Positions 46,904-59,700 of a stretch of 64,000 nt of DNA are shown here, piece after piece. The notes beneath the pieces are model-generated. The model worked only from the letters and a program-made list of their open reading frames with translations, was not told where the DNA came from and did no database searches. The stretch's first letter is position 1; every line of letters begins with the position of its first letter. Position numbers and translations under genes: made by a program. Origin of the DNA: Penicillus capitatus (lineage: Eukaryota; Plantae; Chlorophyta); assembly GCA_965649825.1 (NCBI GenBank), contig OZ287714.1, positions 186,001-250,000 of the forward strand, in the 5' to 3' direction.

Positions 46904-48764
46904 TTAGACGGCGGCTCCGCCGGCTGCGGCCAATGGTGCGGACACAAGACCCAAAGATGTAAAGACTTCGTGAGCCTTTGAGTTCTTTTCCGTTTTGTTT
47001 TCGCGGTCGATGGCAAAACAGACAAAAATAGTGTTGACGGCATCGATGAGCAGAGTGGAGAAGAAATGCAGGACACTCATCATCAGGATGAATGAGATCA
47101 GGAACATGTACCAAGACCATGCACGGACATCTGTCAAATCATCTTCGTCGTTCCAAGTGTTTCTGGCAGCCAGAGCCAACACGACAGCCACAGATCCCGA
47201 CATCAAGAACGAACATACAAACAGGACGATGGGCGGGAACCACCTGACGTATGCACAGACGCTCTTTTAGCCATATACAAGACAGGTGCGTGTTTCTTAC
47301 CAAATAGCATAGGCATTGATGAAATTCTGAGTCATCATGTTCACCACACCCTTTCCAGCCGAGAAAAACGATTCTCCCGTGATGGCCATTCGGACGGTGG
47401 CGAAATCTGTCACCCATTCGATGATATGGGCAATGAATCCAATCAAACAGGCCAGACAGGCAGCCAGCCATTTGAATCGCGAATTCTCATCCTGTGCTTG
47501 TTTGGCAATCCATTCGGATAGTCGACGAATGATATTGGAGATCGTCAAGATCAGGCTGCTCAAGACCAAAGATCCAAAGGATGAGGTCAGCGCAAACCTA
47601 AAGCAAAGGCTTTTATGACGAGCACCTGCCAGTGAAGGTAAGGACGTACCCTAACGATTTCATGATAGACATGTTTCCTCGGTTCTCTTCGTCTGCGAAG
47701 TACCACTGAGAAACGACTCCAGCCACGACGTAGACTCGGATTTGGTTCAGTAAAAAGATGACCCAGATAACCATGATGAGAAGGAGGACCCAGTAACCGG
47801 TTACCCAACCATCCATGTTCCAGTCACAACAGTCCACATCAAATCCCGTGAGGTAATGCACACACTCGTCAGGGAAAAGATCTCTATCTGCTGTGTTATT
47901 GACATCGAATGTTCCATTGGTGAGTGCCAGAACACCAAAACACAGCAGTCCTGTGAGACAAGCCAATAGGACGAAATTGGTACACACACTGAAGAAGACC
48001 AGATCAAGGTTGTCTCGAATGCCATCTGCACCCAAATCTAACAGCTTGCTGGTAAGATTGAGCTGGGAATGCAAAAGCAGTAAGGGAATGGCAATGACAA
48101 CGCCCACACAGATATACGCCCAGCCCCACTTGTCCTCGTACACGACAATGAGAATGATCCCAGCAGCCAGAGGGACAGCGACGAGAAGAGTAGCCACAGT
48201 GTACACCATGACTGCCGCAAAGTAGGAGAACAGCAAAATAAAGATAAAGCCCATAACAACGGCAGCACCGGTCGAAGCAAGCACCCAGACCCATGCATGG
48301 TCCAAAAACTCAAGGAAACTCGACTGGTTTGGGTCTCGAATAGCGACCTCGCCCGGTTGCTCGCCGGGAATGGCAAAAGCTGCTTGTTGCTTTAGGGACC
48401 TCCTAAGCGGCGTCTCGCCGTCAACCGAATCCATAGCCACGACTGACTCCGTTTCGGAGGCGCTGGTTGCGTTCGCGCCTGACTCCGACTCCGGGAGGGG
48501 ACAGTAGTCCGGATTCGTGTGATACTCTTTGTCGAACAGCCGAGAAGCATGGTCGTTCCTGTGCAGAGAGAAGCGTCATGTGTGTTGCTGTCGCGAAACG
48601 AAGGCGTACATGTTGACGCCGGCGTAGATCCCGAACCCGAGGGTGAGTCCGACGAGGAGGAGGAAGAACACTGTCCATAGGAGGTCCCTCACGGGTCGAT
48701 TATCGTACTCGAACCCGGGGCCTCCCTCTGGTTCCTTCTCCGTCGGTTCCGAAGTCTCAGGCAT
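46904..48764 (-). CDS. Choline transporter-like (CTL/SLC44) membrane protein; multi-exon
   Basis: RPVRDLLWTVFF near the N-terminus, multiple TM helices, VVAGVVSQWYF, FGSLVLS, FATVRMAITGESFFSAGK, DAVNTIFVCFAIDRE. Confidence 0.9.
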
Positions 48765-48846
48765 TTGGAGATCGCACGCAAACTCAAAATGTCGCAAAAC
48801 TGACGTGCCGCGTTATATGCCGCGCCGCTACTGCATTTATGACAAG
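48765..48846. promoter_or_regulatory. Candidate bidirectional promoter (82 bp between divergent ATGs)
   Basis: CTL ATG at 48764 (-) and TTC4 ATG at 48847 (+); contains TGACGTG and GCCGCG-type GC-rich motifs. Promoter function is inferred from geometry only. Confidence 0.5.
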
Positions 48847-50343
48847 ATGGATAATGATGCTGAGAACGACAGCGATGCTGCTCTACCGGCACTGCTGTGG
48901 GATACGCTACCCGAAAATGCAGAAAACCATCCAGACTGTATGGCCATTCATTCGCTGATGTATGACGAGTCGACACTGGAGGAGCAAATCGAGAACTTCA
49001 AGGTGAGCAGTGCGATTCTGAGCACTTGTGATCCTGAAGGTTGCTGCTGCGTCTGTGCAGGAACAGGGAAATCAGAGACTGAAAGTGGCACTCAAGAGCA
49101 ATAACAAACTCTACTTTCAAGAAGCGATTAAATACTACACGCAAGGCATCGATGTTAAACTGGAAGGGCGCCCCGAATTGCGATCTGTTCTTTTCAGCAA
49201 CCGAGCTCAGGCACAGATTCATCTGAGTTAACTGAGCTTCGATGTGGACATCTTGAGACAGAGAATGCATGGTCTGTGACTGTTTAGAGAACTGGAGGAA
49301 AGCATTGGATGACAGCGAGACGGCGATAAAGATTGATGCAACGAACATTAAGGTCACTGTGCATCCAATGTGTTCTGCTGGAATGTCTTTGCTGGAAGGC
49401 ATACTATCGCGGTGCCAAATCTGCGCTAAGATTAGATGAAGTTGCCACCGCATTGCATTACTGTGAAACGGGATTGTCCCAGGATCCTTCAAACAAAGAC
49501 CTCGTTCAACTCTCAAACGTTGTCACCCACTCAATCATTCTTTATGCTCTCGCCGAGACGAGCGGCTCTGCAGGATGCAGCACGGAGAAACGCTGTGATT
49601 GAAGAGCAAAGGAAGCATTCGGAGCAGGAGAAGGCCACACTTAAACGGGATGCTGAAGAACTCTTGGCGCAGTTTGCTAAGAGGAATATCAGGTTGTCTT
49701 CTGGACACAGATCATCATGTTCAGCATCGTTTTTTGGCCAGACTCTGTCAATCGAACTTCAAGGTGGGCAAACGGAAGCCATTCGTTGACGCAGATGGAG
49801 TTCTGCACTGGCCCGTGCTGTTTGTCTATCCCGAATCAATGCAGCAAGATATCATTGAGGATGTATCTGAAACAGATTTGGTCTCGGAACTCCTGGATGT
49901 GGTAAAACCGAACACGGATCAGATCGCTTTCTAGTCACACCGTCTGCAGATGTTTTCTTCCGAGGCTCCCCCACTTCCGTGGGATACAGCTAGGGAGTAC
50001 AGACGGGACACGATTGACGTCTACTATCTAGCCAATGCGGGAGAGCCTTTCTCTCATGTCTGTAGACGTTCTGGCATGCATTCGTTTTGTTGATCCACCT
50101 GTGTGACACTAGGGAGAAATGGAGAGTGTGTTGATGGGAGAATATCACGGGGATCCAGAATTGCATGCCCCAAAGATGTACGGAGAACGAGCAGCCTCCT
50201 TTATACATGTCCTACCCAGTTGGAGCATCCACAGTGTGCTGAAGAGAACAGATTGCATTGTTCCTGGTGTTCCCACTTTCTTCATCGTGGCTCGAGGATC
50301 AAACTACCACCGCCGATTTCTGGAATCTGTTGCAAGAAGATAG
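48847..50343 (+). CDS. TTC4: TPR co-chaperone TTC4/Cns1 family; multi-exon
   Basis: ENFK|EQGN, AIKYYTQG, LFSNRAQAQ, IKAYYRGAK, wheel domain LHWPVLFVYPE, VPGVPTFFIV. Confidence 0.9.
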
Positions 50344-50791
50344 AACGAACTAGCTGTCTTGGATTCTCTTAATACCTCTGAGTTCACTCGTTGGACGCTA
50401 ATATCCAAGACAACAATGCTTATTCATGGCTGTCATTCCGAATGGCGACACTCGTGTCGAACGCAGATAATATGATGAGTGACGAACATGCTAACAGATG
50501 GCGGAAATGGCTGGAGTTTCTTCGCGGCACATCTGCAGATTCGCATGTTACCGAACACGGAACTTCATTATCGACAGTAACACGTTGAGTTGACGTCTTC
50601 ATGTTACTGACATTGATCATGCCAAACGAAGGATAGTCAAAAACACCGTGAGAGACAAAGAGCAAACTTATGTCTCTCCTTCAATCCCCAATACAGTCTT
50701 CAAAAGTAAGTTATGACGAATGCTGAAACCATGAATTGTTTTTTGGTCTGGAAGACTGAGTCTCCATTCAAAGGCAGGACACAGCATGTGA

Positions 50792-53700
50792 TCAGAAAAA
50801 TGAAACGAGAATGACATCTGTAATCATGTCTGAGACGATTGCACCGAATCGTGCAACCACTTCCTTGCTCAGTCCATCAACGTCTTCAATTCCGCCTTCA
50901 TCCTCATCAAACAGAGGGCGACAATGCAATTCTCGACGATCATTGTCGTCATAGAGTTCTCTAAACCTCTCAAACATCATATCCGTTGACGCGTGGATTT
51001 TGCATCCCATGAAGAAGATGTTCCTGTCAATGATCTTTCGTATGATAGCATCTGTCTTCAGCCCAGTAGGATCTCCATCTGGAAACCTATTATACGGTGA
51101 ACCGTCTAGTCGATATCTTTGCAGAATAGAATGCGAAGATACCTGTCGTCAAATCCTCCATGGAGTTCGACGCCGTGACCAGGTGAATCGGCAATAAGGA
51201 TGAGAAACCGTGCTTTGCTGCTCCACTTCAGCTCTGTAGCTGCAAGCAATCCGCCCAACACATCTTCGGCGCCGTCATTTCCTCCAAATGCTTCTTGTTC
51301 CTTCAAAAACTCTCTTAGCTTGTCTGTTCCACTCTCAAATTCACAGCGACAGATTTGGTATTCTTTTCCATCTCCATAGTCTCTGTAAGCCACCATTCCA
51401 AAACGAATGTCCACCGTCATATCAGGATTCTGATTTGTGATCTCCCTCTGGATGTGCTCAGATATTTTCTAAACAAAACAACTTCGATGCATCTGCAGGC
51501 CACGAATGAAACAGTGTTCTTCACCTGTACTTGATCAGTGGCTGCCTCAATCAGATCGTCCATAGACGATGTACAATCCATGACGAAGCAGATGTCAACG
51601 GAGAAGGTCGAAGGACCACTTCCGTCTTTATCTTTCAAGAATTCTTTCTTTGCTTTCAGCATCTTCTGGAGTTCAGGAAAGAGACGCTCTGGATTATCTA
51701 GAAGCTCTTCCATTGCGGTCTGATTGCCCGTCAGCATTGCCACTGCCGCTCCTTCATCCTTTGCTGCTGCTGCATTGCCTTCGTGCAGTCTTGAAATCTC
51801 GACCTTGTCCATCACACTTTCCAATGCGTCCGGCACGAGCTGAGGCAATGCGGCTGTGATCCATTTGTTGTAGCACTTCTTAACAAAGGAAGGTTCGACT
51901 CCCACATCGATGGCAAGAACATCAATCCCTGACTCTTCCAGTTTCTGCAGAGAAGCTGCAAGTCTGACACCCGTACTACCGTATCCATCTGTGAGGACAA
52001 TGATCTTCTTTGCCCCTCGACAGTCGCTTCTGTCAAGCAACCGTTCAGCCAAGAGCAATGCATCAGCATCTTTCGTCACGGGCTCATTTCTCTGTTTCAT
52101 AAGACTGATGAAAGCAGCGATGGACACGTCTTCCCACATGGCGTCTGCCAACTTCACTGGAAAAAAGTTATCACCAAAGAGAAGAAGGGTAAAGTTCTCG
52201 AGATTCATCTGCTTCAGAGCGCCAATCAATAAGAGAACTGTCTCGAGGACACATGTTTGTTTTCTGCCATGCGTCATTGAAACAGATATATCCAACACGA
52301 TGGCCACCGAATACTCGGATTTGCCACCTCCTTTTCGGCTGGCAAAGATCTTCTTCTCGGCTCCCTTCGTCGCCAAGTGCTTGATGAATCCTGGCAGATG
52401 GATCGACGGTCCTTTGATATCAGGTCTCTTTCTTGCAGAGACATTCTGTGGAAGGAAATCCTCCAATGCCTCTGTCATTCTCTCGATGTCGACGCTCAGT
52501 CTATCTTCTGCTCGCATCCAGGCAGCCGCTGCTGTCTTCGAACGTGTGATCTGTTCGGGACTTGCCAATAGACGGGTGAATGCTTCATGCCAACTGTCAA
52601 TGAACTTCTCAGCCAATTCTTCTTTGCATTCAGGGCTCTTGGTGACCATCTGAGTCATCTGGATGCTATAAGGCACGGCGTCTTGCTGATAATCGCATTC
52701 ATAGAAATCCTCTCGTCGGAGACCTGGTTTGGAAATCTGCTGCTCTCCCAGATTCTCAAGCACAGCATCATAATTCGTGTCCAATCTCAGCTCAGAAAAC
52801 CAATCATCTGTTCCAATTTGTGACAAATCAGACGATTTGGTATCATGCTTTTTTGTAGGTTTCCAGTACTCATTCAGCACAGCCTTGATCATCTCGCTGA
52901 TGCATGCTGGAAGAGTAACAAAATCCTGTTCAACATCCAGGACTTGAAAATTCAGTGCAACGCGATCCCATAAACCTTGAACCATGTCCAACATCTCTCT
53001 GTGTGCTTCGTTCGTCAGATTCAGCACAACAAGTGCCATAGATCTCCTCGCGCATATAACACTATAGTCTTGTCGTTTTCTCTCTTGAGTGATGCCATCC
53101 GTGATCAAGAACATGACTCTGTGGCATCGAGGGTCTTCGTCTTCTTCTGATGAACTGGTAGGCCAAACGGTCTCTGCAGCATTTGCAATGGCAGTTGCTA
53201 TATATGTGCCTTGATCATATGAGAAGGACTCAATCACTTTCTGTCCGATGACGTCAGTAAAATGATCTGTGACCATTTTCAGCATCTGTTGAGAGTTTCG
53301 ATCGCCAAAGCGGGTCACTGCAAATGGCTGTTCCATTCTTCTCAGAATCTCCATGGTCAATGCCAACGCCACATTCATCTGAATACTCTTGCGCTGCATA
53401 GATCCAGAGTTGTCAATCAAGATACACCATTCAATTCGATGCATTTCCACAGTCGTCTGATAGAATTGTTCAAAACACGGTTGACATCGCTGCATGATGG
53501 AAATCAACATGCGAATGAAGTCTTCATTCTCCAGCAGCTTTTCATAAGTAGACTTACGATTGGTATTTAGATCAAGTTTGATCGGCTCGTCCAGCGTCTT
53601 TCCGCCCGTCCTTGCATTAATCTCCTTGGCATCTTTGAAAAGCTGCACCATGTCCTCATCGTCCAATGTCTTGTCCAGTAGCATTTTCTGAGCAGAATAG

Positions 53701-56700
53701 TCGCCTTCGAAATCAACCATGTCATTGTCTGCCGCAGCCTGTTTGACCTGTCCACGTTCCGCTTCGCCGGGCAGTCCCCGACCATCTCTCTCCTGATCGT
53801 CGTCAATCTTTTTGGACGTATCTATATGCTTCGGCAACTTGACATCGGACTCTCCAGCCATGTCTTCTTGGCCCGATTCTCTGCGATTGATATACTCTTT
53901 TCCCAGATGATGTATCTGTGTATCTGTCCCAAGGTCAATAACGAAATCGAGCATGTTGCGTTGTCTTTCCAGACTCTTCTGCTCTTTTTCAAAGTTGTCC
54001 AAATCTTCCATCATCTTCCGATGGTAGGCAGGCCGTCCTTGCAAAGTCGATGAAGGATAATCCCTTTGCAACCCTGAATACAATGACATGCCAGGTCTTG
54101 TGTATGTATTATCCATCCATCCGCCATAGTTTCCCTGACGGCCCATATGTCTGTAGATAGACGGCATGATGAAATCGTCCGTAGTGTTCTCTTTCACAAC
54201 AACGGTCGATCCACATTCCTGCAGTAATTTCCTCGACATCTTATGCAGACCTTCTCTGGGAATGATGTTTAGATATACAAGGACACTGTCTTGCATGGTC
54301 GTGAATGCACTTGGCATTGTGAACAAACTGCAGGATTCGAGGTGTTGTTGCAGAAAGCAGAAAACTGAGACGACGTCGATGCCAGAACAGAGAATGGCAC
54401 CCTGTAGACTGTCGACTTCACTGTTTGCGGCATACCTGCTCTTGCAGACACTTGCTTCGAAGAGCAACGTCCACATAATCGCCGCCTTCTTCAATTTGAC
54501 TAGGAAATCAATGACATTCTCAAACTTCAGAACACGACACCCTTCCATAGAAGACAACTTCTCTGCTCCAGATTCAATTGATTTATGGATGTCTTTCATC
54601 ACATTCTCCACTTCTTCCAGTTGTTCAGATATGCTTTGACCGCCATCTGCTTCAGGTGGCGTCTCGTCTTTGGGACTCACACGACGTGGTGGTCTTTCAG
54701 ATGGTTTGTTGCCTTGATCTCTTTCTGTCCCTGATGGACTCTGGACATCATCCAACAACCAGCATTGCTTGTTTGCCTCTTCTTCTTCGACTGCATTCTC
54801 AGATGGATTGTGTACACCGCCGCCAAGTTCACCTGATCTCATGTCCGATAAGTTATCTATTTCAGTATTATCATCCACATCTTGTGTTTTTGGCGGATCT
54901 GTCTTTTCGAATCTCAGTGCGTTGGAATCTGGAATGGCAACGCTGTCTTTCTCTTTCCACGGTCCATTGTAGAATCGAAAGAGTGATGTCAAAAGAGCTA
55001 TCTTAGAGACAGCACTTGCTGTCGGGGAATTGTTTTTCTTTGAAAGTGCAAAGGCATAGAGGTTGAAGAAGATGCTCAAGACACACTGGCTTCTCTTTCT
55101 GTGTTGACCCCATTCTCCCAGATCGCCAACAGCCTTGGTCAAGTTTTCGATCTTTTGTGCCCCATCAAGAGAACCCTCTTCGACTGGACCCTGTGAACAG
55201 ATTGCATTCTTGGCTCGAATCACTGCTCCCAGACAGTCAAATGCGCTTCGTCTCTCAGGATCACAGTCCAGCACTTCGTATACGTAATCGAGAATTTCCA
55301 CTTCTCCTGTCTCGACGAATTGGCCGATGGTTGCAAGCATCGTATCGATAATGTTCTGGGAATACAGTATCCGTAACATGTCGACCTTTATGGACACAAT
55401 CCCCTTCGCCGTCCTTCCTCTGTCGATTGCCGTAAGAATTTGACGGAGAGAATCCGACTTGGGGCCAGCATCCACCAGAGAACGACAGAGTGATATGACG
55501 TTCTCTTTGGATAATCTGGAGGGAAAGGATGACAGTGCGTTGACGATCATATGACCCTCTCCCTCTCCATTCAGAGTGGACGCGAACTGATAGATTCTCG
55601 CCAGCAGGATCCAGGGATGTGTCTTTGACTGGAACTGCGCAAGCCTAAGCGCAATTAATGCTGTTTGCAAGTCCTTTAGCGATTCGTCGATGCTCTGTCT
55701 TTTTTCTTCTTGGTCAAAGCGCTTCTTGTCGATCTCGGGACTCGTGATGTCCTTCAAGTAGTCGAACCAGTAGAAGATCTTTGATTCAATCTCACTGTCC
55801 ATCTCTTTGACATCCTGCATCATTGTCTCTCTTGGCATGGCATCGGCAGCACGCCATTCTTGCACACGGTTAAGGGATCTCGCAGGATTGGAGGAGGAGT
55901 GCACATGTCTTGATGTAGTGGCGCTGTATCCATCGTGTTCCAAACTGACACCCATCTCTTCTTTATAGGCTTGCGTCTTCAGTGACATCATTGTCGCATT
56001 GTCCATTTCGCATTTCTGCTGGAGAACGGCAAAGAAAGCCGACGACACGATTTCTCTAATGAAGGAGAACCTCTGCCGATAGAGATCCAAGGAACCGTGA
56101 AGCTGCCATAGAGGAGTGAGTATATTGCTCATACCACATGTCTGTAGCAGGGATCGAGCCGTTTGCTTCAATAATCCAATGTCGCAATCGGACTTGAAAA
56201 ATTCAGAGTTTTTGACGTCTTCTTTGGACAGCATCTCGATCAAGTGCAGTGCAAGACAATTTGTGGATGGCTGCGGATTGCATTTTAGCGAAATTCTGCA
56301 GAAACCATGAAGGACATCCCAACCATCGTTCGAGCACGTCTTGTTAAGTATGTCTCGGCGATCAGCTTCGATAAGTTGGATAAGCATCTCTTCCTTGGCA
56401 CTGGTGTCAGATCTCACTGCATTTGCAAAGCAAGACTTCAGATGAATGGGATAAAGACACAACTCGATGGCATGGGAGAGCTTCTCTTCTCCCCCAGAGG
56501 ATCCTTGACATACTGCAAGTATGCCATCCAGCAACACACATGCAGCAAGGGGATTGTCATCTGCCAGTGGCATGGACTTCAGCCATTCAACACACCCAGC
56601 AAATGTCAATGAATCGTTCTGAAAGGCGCTGTAGATTTGATCACATGCAGTGTCCATCAAGAAGGAGCTGGCTGTGTCTAAGAGATTGGCTCTGAGCAAC

Positions 56701-59700
56701 GCCACAGCAGCATTCCATTGTTGTTCTTCCGGACATGTCGCATGCATCACCACATAGATTGCTTGAGCCAATGCTTGTCTTTCTTCGTCCACATGCATCT
56801 CTTCCACAACTTTGACGAAGCTACCGTGGAGCGCTGTCCCTTTGTCGGATAGGTATGCCTTCATCAGATCTGAAAACCGCCATGTGAGTGACGACAAACA
56901 GCGTTTGCCACTTCCTGATCGTGCTGCGGTTAGTTTTTCATCGCAGAGTTTCACTGCAGATTCGACTGTTTGGTCGAGGATCTGTTTGACCACTTCACCG
57001 GTAAGCGCCCAATGGCATCCCAGCATTTCCAGTTCGCACAACATCTGCAGAAGAGCCATATGCTCCGAGGCAGATTGCCTTTGTTGACACAAGAGTCTTG
57101 CAATCGGCAATATCCTTGGCAGAGAAGAGTGGAAGTCAGCACTTCCCGCATGTTGGTCGATCGAACCATCTCCTTTTGCTTTCCACAGTTCAAACTTGGA
57201 GTAAGGGCCAGACACACATCCCACAATCGCTATCTTGCGCTGTAGGAACTTGCACTTGGCAGGATTCTCATGCAGGAAAACCTTGTCACGCGATTCGACG
57301 AGCACATTCTCCGCGATCCATCCAGGGCGGTCTCCCACCTTGAGCCGGATGTTCAATCCATTCTGCCTGTTGTTGGTTGGTCGGAACTCGCTCGGAATGT
57401 CTTCCGATCCAAAATCCCATGGACCCCTCTCATGGTGCGTCCTTGACTGAGAATTCAGCAGCGTCGCCGTCTCGCAGCACACGGATGATGGCTTCGTGGT
57501 CACGATCGAGAATGGCGAGTCTGTTGCGACATTGAACGACAGCATTGGAGCGTTGCGTGGCTTCCAGTTCTGGATGAGCTGCCAGTCCTGGGCAGTAACA
57601 TCGAAGGCGAAGTCGGCAGGCGGTTGCAGACACACGACAAAGCTCATCTCTTTTCCAGTCTCTGTGACAAACACGATTCTGTGTTCTGACTCCTTCAGCT
57701 GCTTGACCTTCCAGGTCATCTGGAATTCTTGTTCGCTGCCCTTTTCGAGATAATACTCCTCTTGGTCAAAATGAAAATATTCACTCTTTGGTGGATACAC
57801 TGTGACAGCAATCTGTTTGTGCACGAGGGTATTAGCCGCTGTGAGGCACAGTTCTTTGCCATCTTCACTCTCTCTTACGATAGACGCCAGCTTCTTAGGA
57901 TCGACGCTAAAGACGACCTTCTGCTTTTCGAAAGAGGGTGTCGGATCTTGCCAAGATGCATTGATTCGTAGACCCCGAGATGCAGCTCCTTCGACAAAGA
58001 TCTTGAGCTCCTCGGTGTGCTGGCCTTCTTTGTCATGGCTGATGGACAACTTCACGGGGTATGTCTTCCCCACGTCAACTGTCCCACGCGAAAAGGAGAG
58101 CTTTACATTTCGACTGTCTGTTCGGAGTTCAAAGACAACGGGCACTTGGCCGACATTCTTGATCTGGAAAGCGCGACGGGCTGTTCGCCGGACTTTGATA
58201 TCTGAGAGATACCAGGTATCATCGATTTTTCGATGACGGTTATCAAACAGTTCGAAATGGGGCTTCTTTATCTGGACAGTGAGCGGCAGGTATCTGTAAT
58301 TCTGCATGGCGCCTATGACAAGAAACGTTTCGACTGACTCTTCCTTCAATCCCGACTTCAACCAGACGGTAAAGGGTCTCTCGTTCCCTGCTTGGAGAGT
58401 CATGCGTGATTCCTCCAAGGACAGAGAGCTGGTAATGCGCATGTGCTGGATCTGGGATTTGACGAGAACGGGCAGAGTTGTCATGTTCTTGACAGACACA
58501 GAGCGTTTCTGCGCTTCAGATGCAGTTCGTACAACTCCGAAATTAATCTTCGACATGCTCAGCTGAATGGCTAGTCTCTGAATGTTGACTTTCAGAACAA
58601 ATGTGGCATCCAGCTCTTTATCGCCAGAGGTTATGCACCACGTCTCTCGTATCTCTCCATGTGCAGAGTCTTTGAGTGCGAACTCCAGATTCTTCGAAGC
58701 CTCGCCAGCTAACTGGATATTCTCTGTGGCTCTCAAAAGAAAGCAGGCGGCGTTAGAGTCTTCGGGTGTGATTTGGATCTGCAAATTGAAAGAAGATCGA
58801 TTGACAATCTCCATTGTGTAGACACGGGTCTGTCCATGCTTTTTGCTAAGGTCTTTGGCATGTAAGAGAGTTCCAAAATCGATCTCCTTTCTTGCATCGC
58901 TCAGAATCAAGCCTCTACTCTCCGAATGAATGATAACAATCTTGGGAATGTTGCTGAGGTTCGTTTGGGAGAGGTATTTTGGAGTGTGATTTCTGCAAGT
59001 CCCTAGTTCCCTCTTCCGTTTGACGAGGTCGGAAAAACAGCCAGACCACTGCACTTGTGCTTGGGCAAGTGCTTTAACAGCCTTCAACCAGTTGCTTGTC
59101 TTGAATTCAATGAGATCCTTCTCTCCGTGCAGTAGACAAGATTGTTTCATACGACTGATCAGCTCTAACTGCTTGGTATCGAACAAGTCGAGTCTTCTTT
59201 CGGTTGGAGATCTTAGACAGTCCAAGCATGAACGACAGAATTCATCCAGATAAGAATTCTGCACTGCCCTTCGACTGAAGACTTCCATTTTGATAACAAT
59301 GGATTGGATCTCTTCAAACGCTTCTTGCACCTTAGGCGACCAGCCTTTTTTCGAGCTCGAGGTGGAAGGACAACTGGATTCGCGTGTGCTCATTCTCCAG
59401 GTGGAAAACTGAGAACGCTTGGCGACTGCCTTGGCTAGTGCACCTGCTGCTTGTTCGATTTTGAAACGGTCGTGAACAAGAACTTCATTGGCTTTATTGA
59501 AATTCCTTATGGCAGATCTCCATTCTTCCACTTGGTGAAACTGCTTACGAGCTTGATGATACCACTGCATCTCTTCAACTTGTCGAGAAGGAGGCAGTTG
59601 CCGAAGTGCATAACGATCCCGATATCCGTATTCAGGGACGTCCTCGAGAGATCTGCGATGCTCCTCTCTCTCGAAGTTCTCCGCTAAGCATCTCATGCGG

